Counted from the stretch's first letter, positions 46,683 through 60,400 are shown. The stretch: DNA of 64,000 bases from Macrostomum lignano (GCA_002269645.1 NIVC01000251.1:496001-560000); one strand, 5' to 3'. Numbers and translations: made by a program. The notes: generated from the letters alone by a model not told the origin.

Positions 46683-48410
46683 ATGCCTGACGAGAAACCA
46701 ACCGCAGTCCACAAGGCAGCAATTCTGCTACCTGTTCAAGCTTGGCTGTCGAGCACATCTGCTCACGGTTTGAGCAGACTCTCTGGTCAGCGACCAATCT
46801 ACATCAAACTAATTTGGCTTCTGGTTTTCGCCTCATTCATGACGATCTTTGTCATCCAGGTGCAAGTCTTTGTGAACAAGTACCATGAAAAGCCGCAGAC
46901 GACTACCCTACAGGAGGACTCGGTGGAGTTCGAGTTCCCGGACCTGGTCATCTGCAGCACGAACATTGTGTCAGGAAGTTATCCCTACTTGCTGGACTCA
47001 CAACAAGTGTCAGAAATCAACAGCTATGTGAATAAAACCAATAAACTTTTTGACACACCCAGTCGCCCATTTGCTTCACGTAAATTTGCCCAATCTCTGA
47101 TGGCGACCCTGCCTTATCGGCTGCTCAGTGACAATTTAGGCCACAGAGCCGATCAACTTGTTCTGCGAAACGCAATCAATGGAATGGGTCGAGAAAAGGT
47201 TCACTTCAGCACCTTCTACAGCCCGTCCGAGCTTAACTGTGTCCGCTTCGAGCCCACAGATGAGCAGAGAGCAGCTCTGAGCATTGAGAACAATTATCTG
47301 GAAATTATGTTGTTCTTGGATGGTACCTTCATCAAGTTTTCCAAGAAGATTGATATCGCTCCGGTGCCTTTGGAAAAGCAATCCGGTTTCGACTTTCTTA
47401 CCTGGGATCTTACCTGGGGTATCAATTTGAAGGGTTGGAGTGGAGTCAACTTGTACTTTGCTAAACGAGGTCACTACCCGAGTCCTGACTCTGTTCTGCA
47501 GCTGAGCTCTGGAAAAGTGTACACAATTAACCTGGAGATGGAGAAGCTGACACTTTCCAAGGGGATGCAGTGCCTCTCTGATCCCAAGCCCCTGAGGATT
47601 GTAAGTCCGTACAACGGGTCCGAGACGGCTTACCAGTACAGCCAGTACCTTTGCCGCTCTGAGAGAATAAACGAGTTGTTGATGAAGAAAAGCGGCTGCG
47701 TGAACCACCTGCTTCCGAGGAGCAAAAGATTCGAAAGCGCCCTCGGATGCTTGAACACTAATGGACCACTATTCAAAAGTAACTATCAGAAATATAATGC
47801 TCTATTGAACAGAAATGACCACTTTTACGGATCGCTTGACCAAAAGAAAATTCAAAGATACTGCAAAAATCGACGTCCTTGCGAAACATTTAGCTACACC
47901 CTCACGCATTCGTCTAGCACCTGGCCCAGGTTTTACTCGTCTAATCAAGTCACGTTACTAAGGAACCTTTTAAGGATAGTCAGAAAAGGTCGTAAACCTA
48001 AAGAAACGCATCCCGGATACGTTGACTTGGCGTCTATCCTTATGGAGATGCTAGACAACATGACCACAGAACGCAGTCTAATGGGCAGCAACTATATGCA
48101 GGACCAGCTGATGCGAATCAAAGTCAAAGCCGGAAAATCCTTTGGACCGACAGTCACAATCCAGCGCAGCTACGAGTTGGCTAACCTCGTGTCGGATGCT
48201 GGCGGCATTCTGGGCCTCTACATGGGCTGCTCTCTGCTGACTGTGCTGGAGGTGCTCGAGCTGCTGCACGACTGCCTGCTCGGCTACTGTTCCGTCTGGA
48301 CCGGAGCCGTGGCGCCTCGGACAGGCGACGACGAAGAGGACAAGAACGATGCGGCCGGAAGGGGGACGCGCGGCAATACGAATGCCATTTTGGTGGTCGA
48401 GCAAGTCTAA
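46683..48410 (+). CDS. DEG/ENaC family channel subunit, copy B, intronless, 575 aa
   Basis: Same signature motifs as copy A and a close paralog of it in inverted orientation. Confidence 0.95.
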   Translation: MPDEKPTAVHKAAILLPVQAWLSSTSAHGLSRLSGQRPIYIKLIWLLVFASFMTIFVIQVQVFVNKYHEKPQTTTLQEDSVEFEFPDLVICSTNIVSGSYPYLLDSQQVSEINSYVNKTNKLFDTPSRPFASRKFAQSLMATLPYRLLSDNLGHRADQLVLRNAINGMGREKVHFSTFYSPSELNCVRFEPTDEQRAALSIENNYLEIMLFLDGTFIKFSKKIDIAPVPLEKQSGFDFLTWDLTWGINLKGWSGVNLYFAKRGHYPSPDSVLQLSSGKVYTINLEMEKLTLSKGMQCLSDPKPLRIVSPYNGSETAYQYSQYLCRSERINELLMKKSGCVNHLLPRSKRFESALGCLNTNGPLFKSNYQKYNALLNRNDHFYGSLDQKKIQRYCKNRRPCETFSYTLTHSSSTWPRFYSSNQVTLLRNLLRIVRKGRKPKETHPGYVDLASILMEMLDNMTTERSLMGSNYMQDQLMRIKVKAGKSFGPTVTIQRSYELANLVSDAGGILGLYMGCSLLTVLEVLELLHDCLLGYCSVWTGAVAPRTGDDEEDKNDAAGRGTRGNTNAILVVEQV

Positions 48411-50247
48411 CAAAATCAGTGAATTACATGCATGCCATCGCTATAGTCTTGACTATTTTGTCGATCAATACGACAGCTTATTTACTAAGAATTCTATTTT
48501 CTCTATACTACAGTATATATTGTTTACAAACTCGCAAAGCATCTCTATCCGGCAATCTGGCCCGCTCAAGGTTTGTATCTCTTCTCAGCTCTCTTCTCTC
48601 TCTTCTCTTTTCTCTCCTCTTCTCTCCATCTTCTGCTCCGTTGTCTCTTCTCTTCTTCTCTGTGCCGCAGCCATGCGCTGGGTTCCCTATCTGACCTTTG
48701 AGGTATATTATATTTACATTGTCAAACGTATCCCTGAGGTGAATATATGGTTACTTTGTGTTTTAAGGACAAATATAGATTGATTGACGCGCTCAGATAG
48801 CATCATGTTAACCCCTAAAACGCAAAAATGGAATACAATTAAGATGTGTGTGCACTGTAAATTGATTTTCCATTACCAACATTTACGAAATTGCTGTATG
48901 TGTGCCTGTGTGTAATTCATTTATATTTGATGCTGAGTTAACTGCTGCATGCTAGCTGATCAATATCTGCGTGTACTGCAAATTTTACATTCATATAGCT
49001 ACTGCAAATTAAATATAGTATGGTCTTTAACCGCATGTATGACATATATAAGTATCGTACGCGAACATGCTGAAGTATACTAAGTATCGAATTTCAAGCT
49101 ACTTGCAATGTTTGCATCAGACCAACGAGTGTGGCAAATGTTGGTCCTGCTTACATGTATTTCTGTTTGCCGATGCACGGTAGCTAGCTCACAACTTAAT
49201 AGCATACTGTAGTAATTCAATCAATAGACATGGATAATAAATTTATGCTTTCAATTTAACGTAATTTGTTTGGTCAATGAATGCATTATTAGTTAATGTA
49301 TGCTATGTATGCTATAGAAATGTTAGTCGCTAAGCAGTAATGTAAATGGCATTAAGTTATAACTAATCGTACAATGCAGAGCGTTTGTTAAGAGTGCCTG
49401 CTTTTGTCAGCGTCCTCACTCTATGCTGGCTAGTATTAGTAGTAGGAAGAAACTCTTAATGTTTTTTGAAATTTGCAATCTATTGATTATCATATATTTG
49501 TTCTAAGCTAGTCCATGCCCTGCTCGGCCACTAACAATTGGCAGATTGGTTGTCATGCCATTCGCATCACACGACGTTATTTGTAATGTTAGCTTATATT
49601 TGTTAGCTCGAATGGCAAAGTTATAAAGTTAAGTTATGAATTCTAATAGCGGTAGGGTTCCATAGAGAATATGTCAATGTCAAGAGCTGGTCCAAGTAAA
49701 TTGAAGACTAAATAAATCTTAGAAAAAATTAATCCGACGATAAAGGTCCTGTACGATCCTCCAAACTCTTACGCCTAGACCGCGAACAAGCACACAGATG
49801 GGGAACACGACTTTAATAAATATTTAATTTGATCACCAAAAATTACGACACATAAGAAATCACATAGAAACTAAAAATAAGTACAAGTAACGACACTGTC
49901 ACAAGGGCCTCCTTCCTTACTCCATGGCAACCGTGTCTAGCGTCCTAAAATCTAAATTCTTTTGCTTTATCGTGCAGGTACCGGAGAGCAACCCAATTGA
50001 CTCTACAACACTCGACCAGTTCCTCCGTGTTACCACATGCGAGCTTCTGTCTCCGCTACCAAAGAAATGTCGCTGCAGGAAGTAACGGCGAACTTCCTTC
50101 CAGAGCTTGCAATTGTCTTTTGCTATGGCCTAGTATACGGCCTGATTTGGCCTAATGGGCGAGGCATCTTACCGCTACCTCCGTGCAGCAAAGTCAAGTA
50201 CATGTAGATGTAAGTCAGCTTGCTGATGGTAATTCCAGACTCAAATG

Positions 50248-50637
50248 CATGGATGAATGAATAGAATGGATTGCTATTCTGGCTCTGGCTATTTTCGTTT
50301 TTGACTCTTTTGCATCCGGTTCCCCCCCGTGCCTTTTCATTGGTTGATGATTGCCATAGACAATTTTCGGCCTTCGCCGCTTTCTTTCGATGCACAAGCG
50401 CTTTCGCTCGTGTTTTGAAATAAAGGGGGAAGACCTACGAGCGCTCGATATTCTCTGCAAGTAACTGACATTCTCAGTTCTTTTCGTTTGTGCATCGAAA
50501 GAAAGGGGCGAAGGCCGAAAATTGTCTATGGCAATCATCAACCAATGAAAAGGCACGGGGGGGAACCGGATGCAAAAGAGTCAAAAACGAAAATAGCCAG
50601 AGCCAGAATAGCAATCCATTCTATTCATTCATCCATG
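50248..50637. mobile_element. P-element-like palindromic MITE, copy 2 (390 bp, TSD CTCAAATG)
   Basis: Same TIRs as 38119-38513. TSD at 50240-50247 and 50638-50645. Confidence 0.88.
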
Positions 50638-51497
50638 CTCAAATGTCCTTGGCTCTGTAATCAGACAGGACTTTCTTAACACCCCCCCCCCCACCAACTT
50701 GCCAGATGTGGCAGCCAACGAACGGCTTGAGTCTACTTGTTGCTCAAGCGAGTTCCTCAGCGTCGTCTCAGCGTTATACGACAGCAGGAAGGTCTCGAAC
50801 ACCGCCTGGAATAACAGCAATTTTTTTAAGCTTTCTTCGGCAGCTACTTCTTTCTCGTATTTGTCCGTATCTTGGATGCCTCACAAGAAAAGCATAATTT
50901 GCCAGCTGCCGAAAAAATCTATTGCCGAGATAAATGCTGAAGCAATTAGAGTCTTGCTGGAAAGAGCCAAGGAGACAGTAGTTTTCGAATTGTTATAATT
51001 GGCACATTTAATTTTAATTGCTATTTAGACACTTGTGTCGATTTCAAGCAAAGAAGTCACCCAACACTAGACCGATGTCGCAGGCCAATCTCGGGGCGGC
51101 GACCCATGAGTTTTTCTATTTAGGCAAGGACGCTACAGAACCCAGGTAACTTTGGACAACCACTGCAAAGTTGTGCCGGCGCGAACTTACAGCAAAATAT
51201 TAAACTATCTAGTGTGAACTCAAAACAAAATAATAAAAAATATATTTTATTGGGCAGCTACTAAAAATATAGTTGTGCATTCAATTTTATATACAAATGT
51301 GTGTAGGCTTTGATTGATGTCAAGATCTTTCAGTTCTGAGTGAGCATCGCGCTCAATATTGCAAGCTACATATTAAATACACACCATGAGTGATAAAACT
51401 AAAGCTAAGTATATTTAAACGTGTAAAATTTTCAAGCATAATCGTGAAAATTAGAAATGTCAACGCAAAAATCCAAACAATGCAATGCTACACACAG

Positions 51498-54400
51498 TCA
51501 AACGCTACTGCAGTCAAATCTGATATCACTGAGGTTTGCAGGAAACTCTGCATTGGTATAATGCGTCATTTCGGCCACTGTTGCAGTCTCGTTTAAACCC
51601 GTGCTCAACTCTGAGCAACAACTGCTGCGTCCTCCGTTTATTACTGGCGAATTTTTGTTATCAAGCAGCTTGCTGCAACACCAGAAGCAGCAGCTGTATC
51701 GGCTACTGTCGCTCGATTCACCTGTCGATCTCGAACTGGATGGCAACCGATGTCTCCTAGGCTGATTGCGCCTCGGATGATGGTGGAACCTTCTAATTGT
51801 AGACTGCCTGTGCAAATAAGGCCTTCTACGGTTGTCACCGGCGGCTGGCAGTACCAAAGACTGAGTCCTCTTGTCAAACAGACTCTCCCCAATATCGTGC
51901 TCAACTAGATCGGCGCCCAACTCTTCGTGCTCCCGCGAGACGCGCAATCCGACGGTGAGGTCGATCAGCTTCAGCAGGACAAGCGATGTGACCGCCGACC
52001 AGGCCACGATTGCGACGACTGCGGCCAACTGAATGCCGAGCAGACGGAATCCGCCTCCCTGATGAAAGGTGCAAGTAATGCAGGCTGTTGTTGTTTTTGG
52101 TAAATAACACTAGTTTTGAGCCAGATAAACAAATTCAACCGATTTTTATCAATTATATAATCCATCAAAACAATATTAGCGTCCATTAGACCAACATTAG
52201 CATCCATTACACCAACATTAGCATCCATTACACCAACATTAGCACCCATTACACCAACATTAGCATCCATTACACCAACATTAGCATCCATTACACCAAC
52301 ATTACTGTCCATTACATCAACATTAGCATCCATTACACCAACATTAGCATCCATTACACCAACATTAGCATCCATTACACCAACATTAGCGGTCATTACA
52401 CCAACATTAGCACCCATTACACCAACATTAGCATCCATTACATCAACATTAGCATCCATTACATCAACATTAGCATCCATTACACCAACATTAGCATCCA
52501 TTTCACCAACATTAGAGTCTATTACACCAACATTAGAGTCTATTACACCAACATTAGAGTCTATTACACCAACATTAGCGGTCATTACACCAATATTTCT
52601 AAAGTTATAAAGTTCAATCTTGACCTCTTTGATAGATCTACATGTTGGTGTAAGAGTCATAATATTTTTTTCACTTGAATTCATCCATCTATAAGAAAGT
52701 CCACAGTCACCTTTAGACAGTCTGTGAAAAAAGCTTGAAAGTCCTAAGATAAACAGCCAGTTTTCCAAAGAAAACGACGAAGTTTACCAGTTCAAAGCCG
52801 GAAATCTCTTTCTTAGTAAACTGCTACATTCTCTTTAAAACGCAACTTTGAAGTTGTTATTTTGTTCTATAAAGTTCAAAAAGTGAAATAACTCTAAGGG
52901 TAAGATATCTTAGCATCCAGGGTATGATGAAACGATTCCCTGGTGACGGACAGACTATTGTCAATTCATATTCTTCAAAAGCACTCTATGCAGAATATGA
53001 ATTAGTTTGAATCAAGGTTAAAAAATCAAATAGAAGAAGGGTTCTGGAATTTAAATTAGCCGCTTCAGATAGAAATAAAATCATTATTAGCAGAAATACA
53101 ATAAAAAGGATGGGTTTAGGTTGCATGAAAAGGGGACCAGTTAACATACAGTAAGGGAGAGAAGGGGAGAGAGAAGAGATAGGTTAAAGGGCAAGAGGGA
53201 GAGGCAGGGTGAGAGGGAGAGAGAAGTCAAGAGGAGGAAAGATTGGGAGAGAGAGAGAGGTTGAGAGGGAGAGAGAAGTCAAGAGGAGGAAAGATTAGGA
53301 GAGAGAGGGGATGAGAGGGAGAGAGAGGGTGAGAGGGAGAGAGAGGGTGAGAGGGAGAGAGAGGGTGAGAGGGAGAGAGAGGGTGAGAGGGAGAGAGAGG
53401 GTGAGAGGGAGAGAGAGGGTGAGAGGGAGAGAGAGAGGGTGAGAGGGAGAGAGAGGTTGAGAGGGAGAGAGAGGTTGAAAGGGAGAGAGAGGTTGAGAGG
53501 GAGAGAGAGGGTGAGAGGGAGAGAGAGAGGGTGAGAGGGAGAGGGAGAGGTTGAGAGGGAGAGAGAGGGTGAGAGGGAGAGAGAGAGGGGTGCGATGGAG
53601 AGAGAAGTTAAGAGGAGGAGAGATTGGGAGAGAGAGGGTGAGAGGGAGAGAGAGAGAGGGTGAGAGGTAGAGAGAGAGGGTGAGAGGGAGAGAGAGGGTG
53701 AGAGGGAGAGAGAGGGTGAGAGGGAGAGAGAGAGGGTGAGAGGGAGAGAGAGGTTGAGAGGGAGAGAGAGGTTGAAAGGGAGAGAGAGGTTGAGAGGGAG
53801 AGAGAGGGTGAGAGGGAGAGAGAGAGGGTGAGAGGGAGAGGGAGAGGTTGAGAGGGAGAGAGAGGGTGAGAGGGAGAGAGAGAGAGGTTGAGAGGGAGAG
53901 AGAGAGGGGTGCGATGGAGAGAGAAGTTAAGAGGAGGAGAGATTGGGAGAGAGAGGGTGAGAGGGAGAGAGAGAGAGGGTGAGAGGTAGAGAGAGAGGGT
54001 GAGAGGGAGAGAGAGAGGGTGAGAGGAGGAGAGATTGGGAGAGAGAGGGTGAGAGGGAGAGAGAGAGGGTAAGAGGAGGAGAGATTGGGAGAGAGAGGGA
54101 GAGAGGGAGAGAGAGAAGTTAAGAGGAGAGATTGGCAGGGAGAGTGAGGGGTAAAAAGGAGAGTGACAGAGGACGACAAAGAGAATGCAGATTTAAACCA
54201 TGTAAGCCCAGTTCCCAGAATTCGAATTAAAAAAGTTTTTTTATTTTTTTAAATTTTTATAAATAAAATTTTTATAATTAATATTTATAAAATTTGAAAT
54301 TTAAATTTAAAATTAATAATTAATTAATAATAAGCAGCTGACCAACCAACGGCTCACATAGAACAGTCCGCTGTGATTGGTTGGCACGCCGAGTACATTC

Positions 54401-57400
54401 CAGTCTCTGTCTGGCAGAGCCATCAGACCCGGCGCCAGCAGGCCCCATATTGCTGCGGTGAAATGCACAGCTATCACGCCTGCAGTGAGGTGGAAAATCG
54501 GTTTAATGGTGCATTTTATTTCTGTAAAATAGGTCTGTAGATTCATCGGTACATGTGGTTATAGTGTCTTTACTTGGCTCTGTAGATGAGTCTGTAAATG
54601 ATTCTATAGATGTGTCTGTAAATAGCTCGTAGTTCTGTAGATGTGTCGGTAAATAGTTCTGTAGATACGATCGTAAATCGTTCTGTAGATGTGTCTGTAA
54701 ATAGTTCTGTAGATGAGTCTGTAAATGGTTCTATAGATGTGTCTGTAAATAGTTCTGTAGATGAGTCTGTAAATGGTTCTATAGATGTGTCTGTAAATAG
54801 TTCTGTAGATGAGTCTGTAAATGGTTCTGTAGATGTGTCTGTAAATAGTTCTGTAGATGAGTCTGTAAATGGTTCTGTAGATGAGTCTGTAAATGGTTCT
54901 GTAGAAGTGTCTACAAGATTTACAGATGGTACAGTATTTTTACATCACCAAATGGAATGAAAATTAGCGGTTAAAAATAACCTCAGCGCACGCACCAACT
55001 GGATCGTCGATCTGCAGCCTAGCAACCAGATTTTCCGTCAGGCAGGCCAGCAGAGCTCCAAGGACGCCGATCACGAAACCTTGCCAAGGTTCGGCGAGGG
55101 CGCACATGGCTGCGACATGCCGGCATGTTGGGTATGTTGGTAGATTGGTGTGGTATGTTGGTAGATTGGTGTGGTATGTTGGTAGATTGGTGTAGTATGT
55201 TGGTAGATTGGTGTGGTGTGTTGGTAGATTAGTGTAGTATGTTGGTAGATTGGTGTGGTGTGTTGGTAGATTGGTGTGGTATGTTGGTAGATTGGAGCAG
55301 TATGTTGGTAGATTAGTGTAGTATGTTGGTAGATTGGTGTGGTATATTGGTAGATTGGTGTGGTATGTTGGTAGATTGGTGTGGTATGTTGGTAGATTGG
55401 AGCAGTATGTTGGTAGATTAGTGTAGTATGTTGGTAGATTGGTGTGGTATATTGGTAGATTGGTGTGGTATGTTGGTAGATTGGTGTGGTATGTTGGTAG
55501 ATTGGTGTGGTATGTTGGTAGATTGGTGTGGTATGTTGGTAGATTGGTGTGGTATGTTGGTAGATTGGTGTGGTATATTGGTAGATTGGTGTGGTATGTT
55601 GGTAGATTGGTGTGGTATGTTGGTAGATTGGTGTGGTATGTTGGTAGATTGGTGTGGTATGTTGGTAGATTGGTGTGGTATGTTGGTAGATTGGTGTATT
55701 ATGTTGGTAGATTGGTGTAGTATGTTGGTAGATTGGAGCAGTATGTTGGTAGATTGGTGTGGTGTGTTGGTAGATTGGTACAGTGAGTTGGTAGATTGGT
55801 GTAGTATGTTGGTAGATTGGTGTGGTGTGTTGGTAGATTGGTATAGTGAGTTGGTAGACTGGTTTAGTATGTTGGTAGATTGGTTTGGTATAGCTGGTAG
55901 ATTAGTGTGGTATGTTGGTAGATTGGTGTAGTATGTTGGTAGATTGGTGTGATATGTTGGTAGATTGGTGTGGTATGTTGGTAGATTGGTGTAATAAGTT
56001 GGTAGATTGGTGTGGTATGTTGGTAGATTGGTGTAGTATATTGGTAGATTGGTGTAGTATATTAGTAGATTGGTGTAGTATGTTGGTAGATTGGTGTAAT
56101 ATATTGGTAGATTGGTGTAGTAAGATCGACGTTAGTTATAGCTGTTGTAATTTTGAATTCAGTCTGTAGATCTTCACTGTGCTCAAAGGGAAGGTACTCA
56201 CCGGTAATGGAAACTAGACTAGCCAAAATGCTATTAGTGATGAGGCTGATGTGAAACTTCCTGCCCCTAGTCAGATAGCTGAACATCATGCCGACCATTC
56301 CGCCTCCCATTGAGGCTATGATGGTTGACACTGCGGATCTGAATGTATTTTTTATTGTATAACAAATTGACTAAAACTCGTTTAATTAGTAAATAATATC
56401 TAACTGGCTACTCACCTGGCAGCCAGTTTCCATTTATCTCCACTGATGCCGAAGGTCGAACCGCAGTTGAATCCGAGCCAACCCCACCTGCAAAAACCAC
56501 ACAGTCAACTGTGTCTAACAGGTGTCAACTGTGTCTAACAGGTGTCGACTGTGTCTAACAGGTGTCAACTGTGTCTAACAGGTGTCAACTGTGTCTAACA
56601 GGTGTCGACTGTGTCTAACAGGTGTCAACTGTGTCTAACAGGTGTCGACTGTGTCTAACAGGTGTCGACTGTGTCTAACAGGTGTCAACTGTGTCTAACA
56701 GGTGTCGACTGTGTCTAACAGGTGTCGACTGTGTCTAACAAGTGTCAACTGTGTCTAACAAGTGTCAACTGTGTCTAACAGGTATCAACTGTGTCTAACA
56801 GGTGTCAACTGTGTCTAACAGGTGTCACACGTGTCTAACAGGTGTCAACTGTGTCTAACAGGTATCAACTGTGTCTAACAGGGGTCATACGTGTCTAACA
56901 GGTATCAACTGTGTCTAACAGGTGTCAACTGTGTCTAACAGGTATCAACTGTGTCTAACAGGTGTCAACTGTGTCTAACAGGCATCAACTGTGTCTAACA
57001 AGTGTCAACTGTGTCTAACAGGTATCAACTGTGTCTAACAGGTGTCAACTGTGTCTAACAGGTATCAACTGTGTCTAACAGGTGTCACACGTGTCTAACA
57101 GGTGTCACACGTGTCTGACATGTGTCAACTGTGTCTAACAGGTTTCATACATGCTAACAGGTTTCAACTGTGTCTGACAGGTGTCAACTGTGTCTAACAG
57201 GTGTCAACTGTGTCTAACAGGTGTCAACTGTGTCTGACATGTGTCAACTGTGTCTAACAGGGGTCATACGTGTCTAACAGGTGTCAACTGTGTCTAAAAG
57301 GTGTCACACGTGTCTAACAGGTTTCATACATGCTAACAGGTTTCAACTGTGTCTAACAGGTGTCAGCTGTGTCTAACAGGTGTCACACGTGTCTAACATG

Positions 57401-60400
57401 TGATAGAAGGCTCTCTCACCACAGCATGAACATGCCCAGCAGTGCATTAGTCGGGCTGCCCATTTGAGGTGGGTGACTCCCTGAGAACCTGTGCAACCTC
57501 GGCCTCAGCAACAGGGTAGCAACCATACCGGTGGTACCGCCAACCAGGTGAACAGGTCCAGCACCAGCAATGTCCATGCAATTCAATTTGTACAGAAAAC
57601 CATTTTCAGACCACATCCAATGCGCCGGGAAACAGAAGATGAAGGTATTCAAGAAGCTGAATAGCATGTACGCCTCTAGCTTAGTCCGTTCGGCCATGGC
57701 TCCAGAAACTATAGTTGTTGCTGTTGTAGCAAAAGACGCCTGAAAGAAGAATTTCGAATACACCCATCCCGTGTCGTTCCTCTCGGCTGCAACCAGGAAG
57801 TTGCCCCAGCCGCTGAAGTCGTTTGCTAAATCGCTGTTGCCGAAGGAGAAGGAGTAACCAACCAGCCAATAGGACAGTCCACCGAATACCACATCCGCCA
57901 CGTTCTTAACCATGATGTTCACCTCGTTCTTGGCGGTGCATGAGCCCGACTCCAGCAGGCCGAAGCCTGCCATAATGTGGCGAAACCCGTGATTAGTATC
58001 TAACAGGTCTTGATTCTGTATCTAATAGGTCTTGATTCTGTATCTAACAGGTCTTGATTCTGTATCTAACAGGTCTTGATACTGTATCTAACAGGTCTTG
58101 ATTCTGTATCTAACAGGTCTTGATTCTGTATCTAACAGGTCTTGATTCTGTCTGTAACAGGTCTTGATTCTGTATCTAACAGGTCTTGATTCTGTATCTA
58201 ACAGGTCTTGATTCTGTATCTAATAGGTCTTGATTCTGTATCTAACAGGTCTTGATTCTGTATCTAACAGGTCTTGATTCTGTATCTAACAGGTCTTGAT
58301 TCTGTATCTAACAGGTCTTGATTCTGTCTGTAACAGGTCTTGATTCTGTATCTAACAGGTCTTGATTCTGTATCTAACAGATCTTGATTCTGTCTGTAAC
58401 AGGTCTTGATTCTGTATCTAACAGGTCTTGATTCTGTATCTAACAGGTCTTGGTTCTGTATCTAACAGGTCTTGATTCTGTATTTAACAGGTCTTGATTC
58501 TGTATCTAACAGGTCTTGATTCTGTATCTAACAGGTCTTGATTCTGTATCTAACAGATCTTGATTCTGTATCTAACAGTTCTTGATTCTGTATCTAACAG
58601 TTCTTGATTCTGTATCTAACAGTTCTTGATTCTGTATCTAACAGATCTTGATTCTGTATCTAACAGATATTGATTCTGTATCTAACAGATCTCAGATTTG
58701 TATCTAAGAGTTCTCAGATTTGTATCTAAGAGTTCTCAGATTTGTATCTAAGAGTTCTCAGATTTGTATCTAAGAGTTCTCAGATTTGTATCTAAGAGTT
58801 CTCAGATTTGTATCTAAGAGTTCTCAGATTTGTATCTAAAATTTCTCAGATTTGTATCTAAGAGTTCTCAGATTTGTATCTAAGAGTTCTCAGATTTGTA
58901 TCTAAGAGTTCTCAGATTTGTATCTAAGAGTTCTCAGATTTGTATCTAACAGTTCTCAGATTTGTATCTAACAGTTCTCAGATTTGTATATAATAGGTCT
59001 CAGTTCTGTATCTAACATGTCTCACTTCTGTATCTAACAGCTCTCAGTTCTGCATCTAACAGTTCTTGATTCTGTATCTAATAGGTCTTGATTCTGTATC
59101 TAACAGGTCTTGATTCTGTATCTAACAGGTCTTGATACTGTATCTAACAGGTCTTGATTCTGTATCTAACAGGTCTTGATTCTGTATCTAACAGGTCTTG
59201 ATTCTGTATCTAACAGGTCTTGATTCTGTATCTAACAGATCTTGATTCTGTCTGTAACAGGTCTTGATTCTGTATCTAACAGGTCTTGATTCTGTATCTA
59301 ACAGGTCTTGATTCTGTATCTAACAGGTCTTGATTCTGTATCTAACAGGTCTTGATTCTGTATCTAACAGGTCTTGATTCTGTATCTAACAGGTCTTGAT
59401 TCTGTATCTAACAGGTCTTGATTCTGTATCTAACAGGTTTTGATTCTGTATCTAACAGGTTTTGATTCTGTATCTAACAGTTCTTGATTCTGTATCTAAC
59501 AGGTCTTGATTCTGTATCTAACAGGTCTTGATTCTGTATCTAACAGTTCTTGATTCTGTATCTAACAGGTCTTGATTCTGTATCAAACAGGTTTTGATTC
59601 TGTATCTAACAGTTCTTGATTCTGTCTGTAACAGGTCTTGATTCTGTATCTAACAGGTCTCAGTTCTGTATCTAACAGGTCTCAGTTCTGTATCTAACAG
59701 GTCTCAGTTCTGTATCTAACAGGTCTCAGTTCTGTATCTAACAGGTCTCAGTTCTGTATCTAACAGGTCTCAGTTCTGTATCTAACAGGTCTCAGTTCTG
59801 TATCTAACAGGTCTCAGTTCTGTATGTAACAGGTCTCAGTTCTGTATCTAACAGGTCTCAGTTCTGTATCTAACAGGTCTCAGTTCTGTATCTAACAGGT
59901 CTCAGTTCTGTATGTAACAGGTCTCAGTTCTGTATCTAACAGGTCTCAGTTCTGTATCTAACAGGTCTCAGTTCTGTATCTAACAGGTCTCAGTTCTGTA
60001 TCTAACAGGTCTCAGTTCTGTATCTAACATGTCTCAGTTCTGTATCTAACAGGTCTCAGTTCTGTATCTAACAGTTTTCAGTTCTGCAGTCTCATATCAA
60101 ATCTCATTCCAGTTGTCATAGCGGGCTCCTGTCCTCGAGCGTCATAAACAGGTCTCATTCTAGGCGCTGAACCTACCAAAGACGACACTTACCGCTCTGC
60201 ATAGTAAAAATGATGAAAGTGGCCGACAAGATCCATATTGCATCGCTCTGCGGTTCTGGCGAAAATGCCACGGCTCTACTAGCGACATCTGACCTCCTTG
60301 CTGACATCTTTTCAGTTTACGTATATAAATTGTTTATTTCACCTTATTTACAGTTAGGAAGCTCATTTGATTTCCTTGGCAACTGTGCTATAATTATTGA

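Noticed and set aside
49750-50130. Possible solo LTR (minus-strand end ..GATCGTACA with ATTAAA upstream)
   Set aside because: I could not find a matching other end, a TSD or a partner LTR.
38119-50637. The two MITEs as ends of a composite transposon carrying the channel pair, or as products of the duplication
   Set aside because: Each has its own distinct 8-bp TSD, and they sit at non-homologous positions relative to the arms, so they are independent insertions.
50629-50998. Short ORFs on both strands between MITE copy 2 and the Amt 3' end
   Set aside because: No recognisable domain or splice context.
51971-56169. GVMDANV, PLTLSL, SVDESVN and MLVDWCG ORFs
   Set aside because: All derive from intronic repeats of the Amt gene.
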